Part shown: positions 63,581-64,000 of the stretch, in pieces | Layout of the letters: every line of letters starts with the position of its first letter | Position numbering within the stretch: position 1 is the first letter of the stretch | DNA from: Thermoanaerobaculia bacterium | GTDB lineage: Bacteria; Acidobacteriota; Thermoanaerobaculia; Multivoradales; JAHEKO01 | Assembly (NCBI GenBank): GCA_945787575.1 | Contig: CALZKB010000004.1 | Coordinates: 4,776-68,775, forward strand | Reading direction: 5' to 3' | Length of the DNA stretch: 64,000 bases | Notes under the pieces: model-generated | Databases searched by the model: none | The model's input: only the letters and a program-made list of their open reading frames with translations | What the model was told of the DNA's origin: nothing | Translations under genes and position numbers: made by a program

Positions 63581-63725
63581 CTTCTCGAACGGCCACCGCG
63601 GCACCTTGACTACGGTGTAGTCGAGCGCCGGCTCGAAGGCGGCGTAGGTCTCCCCCGTGATGTCGTTCTCGATCTCGGACTCACCGCGAGCTCGAACGCC
63701 GCCTTGAAGAGCGGGGGCCGACATC
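63581..63725 (-). pseudogene. fossil fragment of carbamoyl-phosphate synthase large subunit (carB)
   Basis: The minus strand reads [12 protein letters not shown], then a frame change, then [35 protein letters not shown]. Compare E. coli CarB ..[50 protein letters not shown]... Nothing CarB-like flanks it. Confidence 0.6.
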
Positions 63726-63810
63726 GAGGCGCTGCGGCTCGGAGGGGATCGATCGTGTAGACTCCCGGCCATCGGAGGATCTTTGTGGCCGGCAGGCCGG
63801 GGAAGGAATC

Positions 63811-64000
63811 TTGAAGACGGTCGCCGTTGTCAGCCAGAAGGGTGGTGTCGGGAAGACGACCCTCGCCCTCAACGCCAGCTTGGCGCTGGCTCGCCGGGGC
63901 TGGAGAACCCTCGTCGTCGATGCGGACCCCCAAGGCGCGATCTCGCTGTCGCTCAAGAAGGAGCTGAAGGTCGCGCTGGGGTTGACCGAGTACGCCGAGG
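63811..64000 (+). CDS. ParA/MinD-family ATPase, N-terminal part (runs off the right edge)
   Basis: GGAAGGA, then TTG 63811: [42 protein letters not shown].. (deviant Walker A). No stop lies inside the window, so it is absent from the ORF track. Confidence 0.75.
   Translation, partial: MKTVAVVSQKGGVGKTTLALNASLALARRGWRTLVVDADPQGAISLSLKKELKVALGLTEYAE

Overview
64-kb, very GC-rich, densely coding bacterial chromosomal segment with about 60 protein genes on both strands. I found no rRNA, tRNA, CRISPR array, transposase or integrase. The gene content suggests an Acidobacteriota-like environmental lineage, which is inference only: an acidobacterial-type VWFA protein, a GWxTD-like protein, DUF4388, CRTAC1/ASPIC-UnbV next to a TPR multihaem cytochrome, and a GldG-type ABC system. 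Recognisable housekeeping genes are aroA, lpxH, apbC/mrp, plsC, mlaEFD, a UDP-glucuronate node (epimerase, ugd, UDP-xylose synthase), yggX, lgt, fabH, folE, class II RNR nrdJ, gap, dinB, rlmN and fumC. Main second-look items follow. (1) A SelW/Rdx-family selenoprotein gene with an in-frame UGA (CxxU) and a SECIS-like hairpin; the ORF track does not show it. (2) A second in-frame UGA, 3.6 kb away, forms a UxxC motif and is followed by a long hairpin. It could fuse a Cys4 zinc-ribbon ORF to an archaeal-type (type II) GAPDH-like dehydrogenase, giving a candidate undescribed selenoprotein at the head of an MBL-hydrolase/RNA-methyltransferase operon. (3) A 613-aa secreted protein of which about one third is Ser-Asp(-Gly) repeat, with an internally duplicated DUF11-like architecture. 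It lies behind an AT-rich (about 45% GC) promoter island carrying inverted repeats, next to a TonB-receptor/YfiR/CHASE8-type hybrid kinase module. (4) A 131-bp inverted-repeat element between lgt and a DmpA-family gene. (5) Two genes with apparent 1-nt deletions (TVP38/DedA-type, CRTAC1) and two fossil gene fragments (pfkB-type kinase, carB) in intergenic DNA. (6) A G-quadruplex-type G tract, a ClpX-like orphan AAA+ gene divergent from a membrane-anchored multihaem cytochrome-TPR protein, and candidate NrdR operators. All homology calls are from motif recognition by eye; no searches were run.
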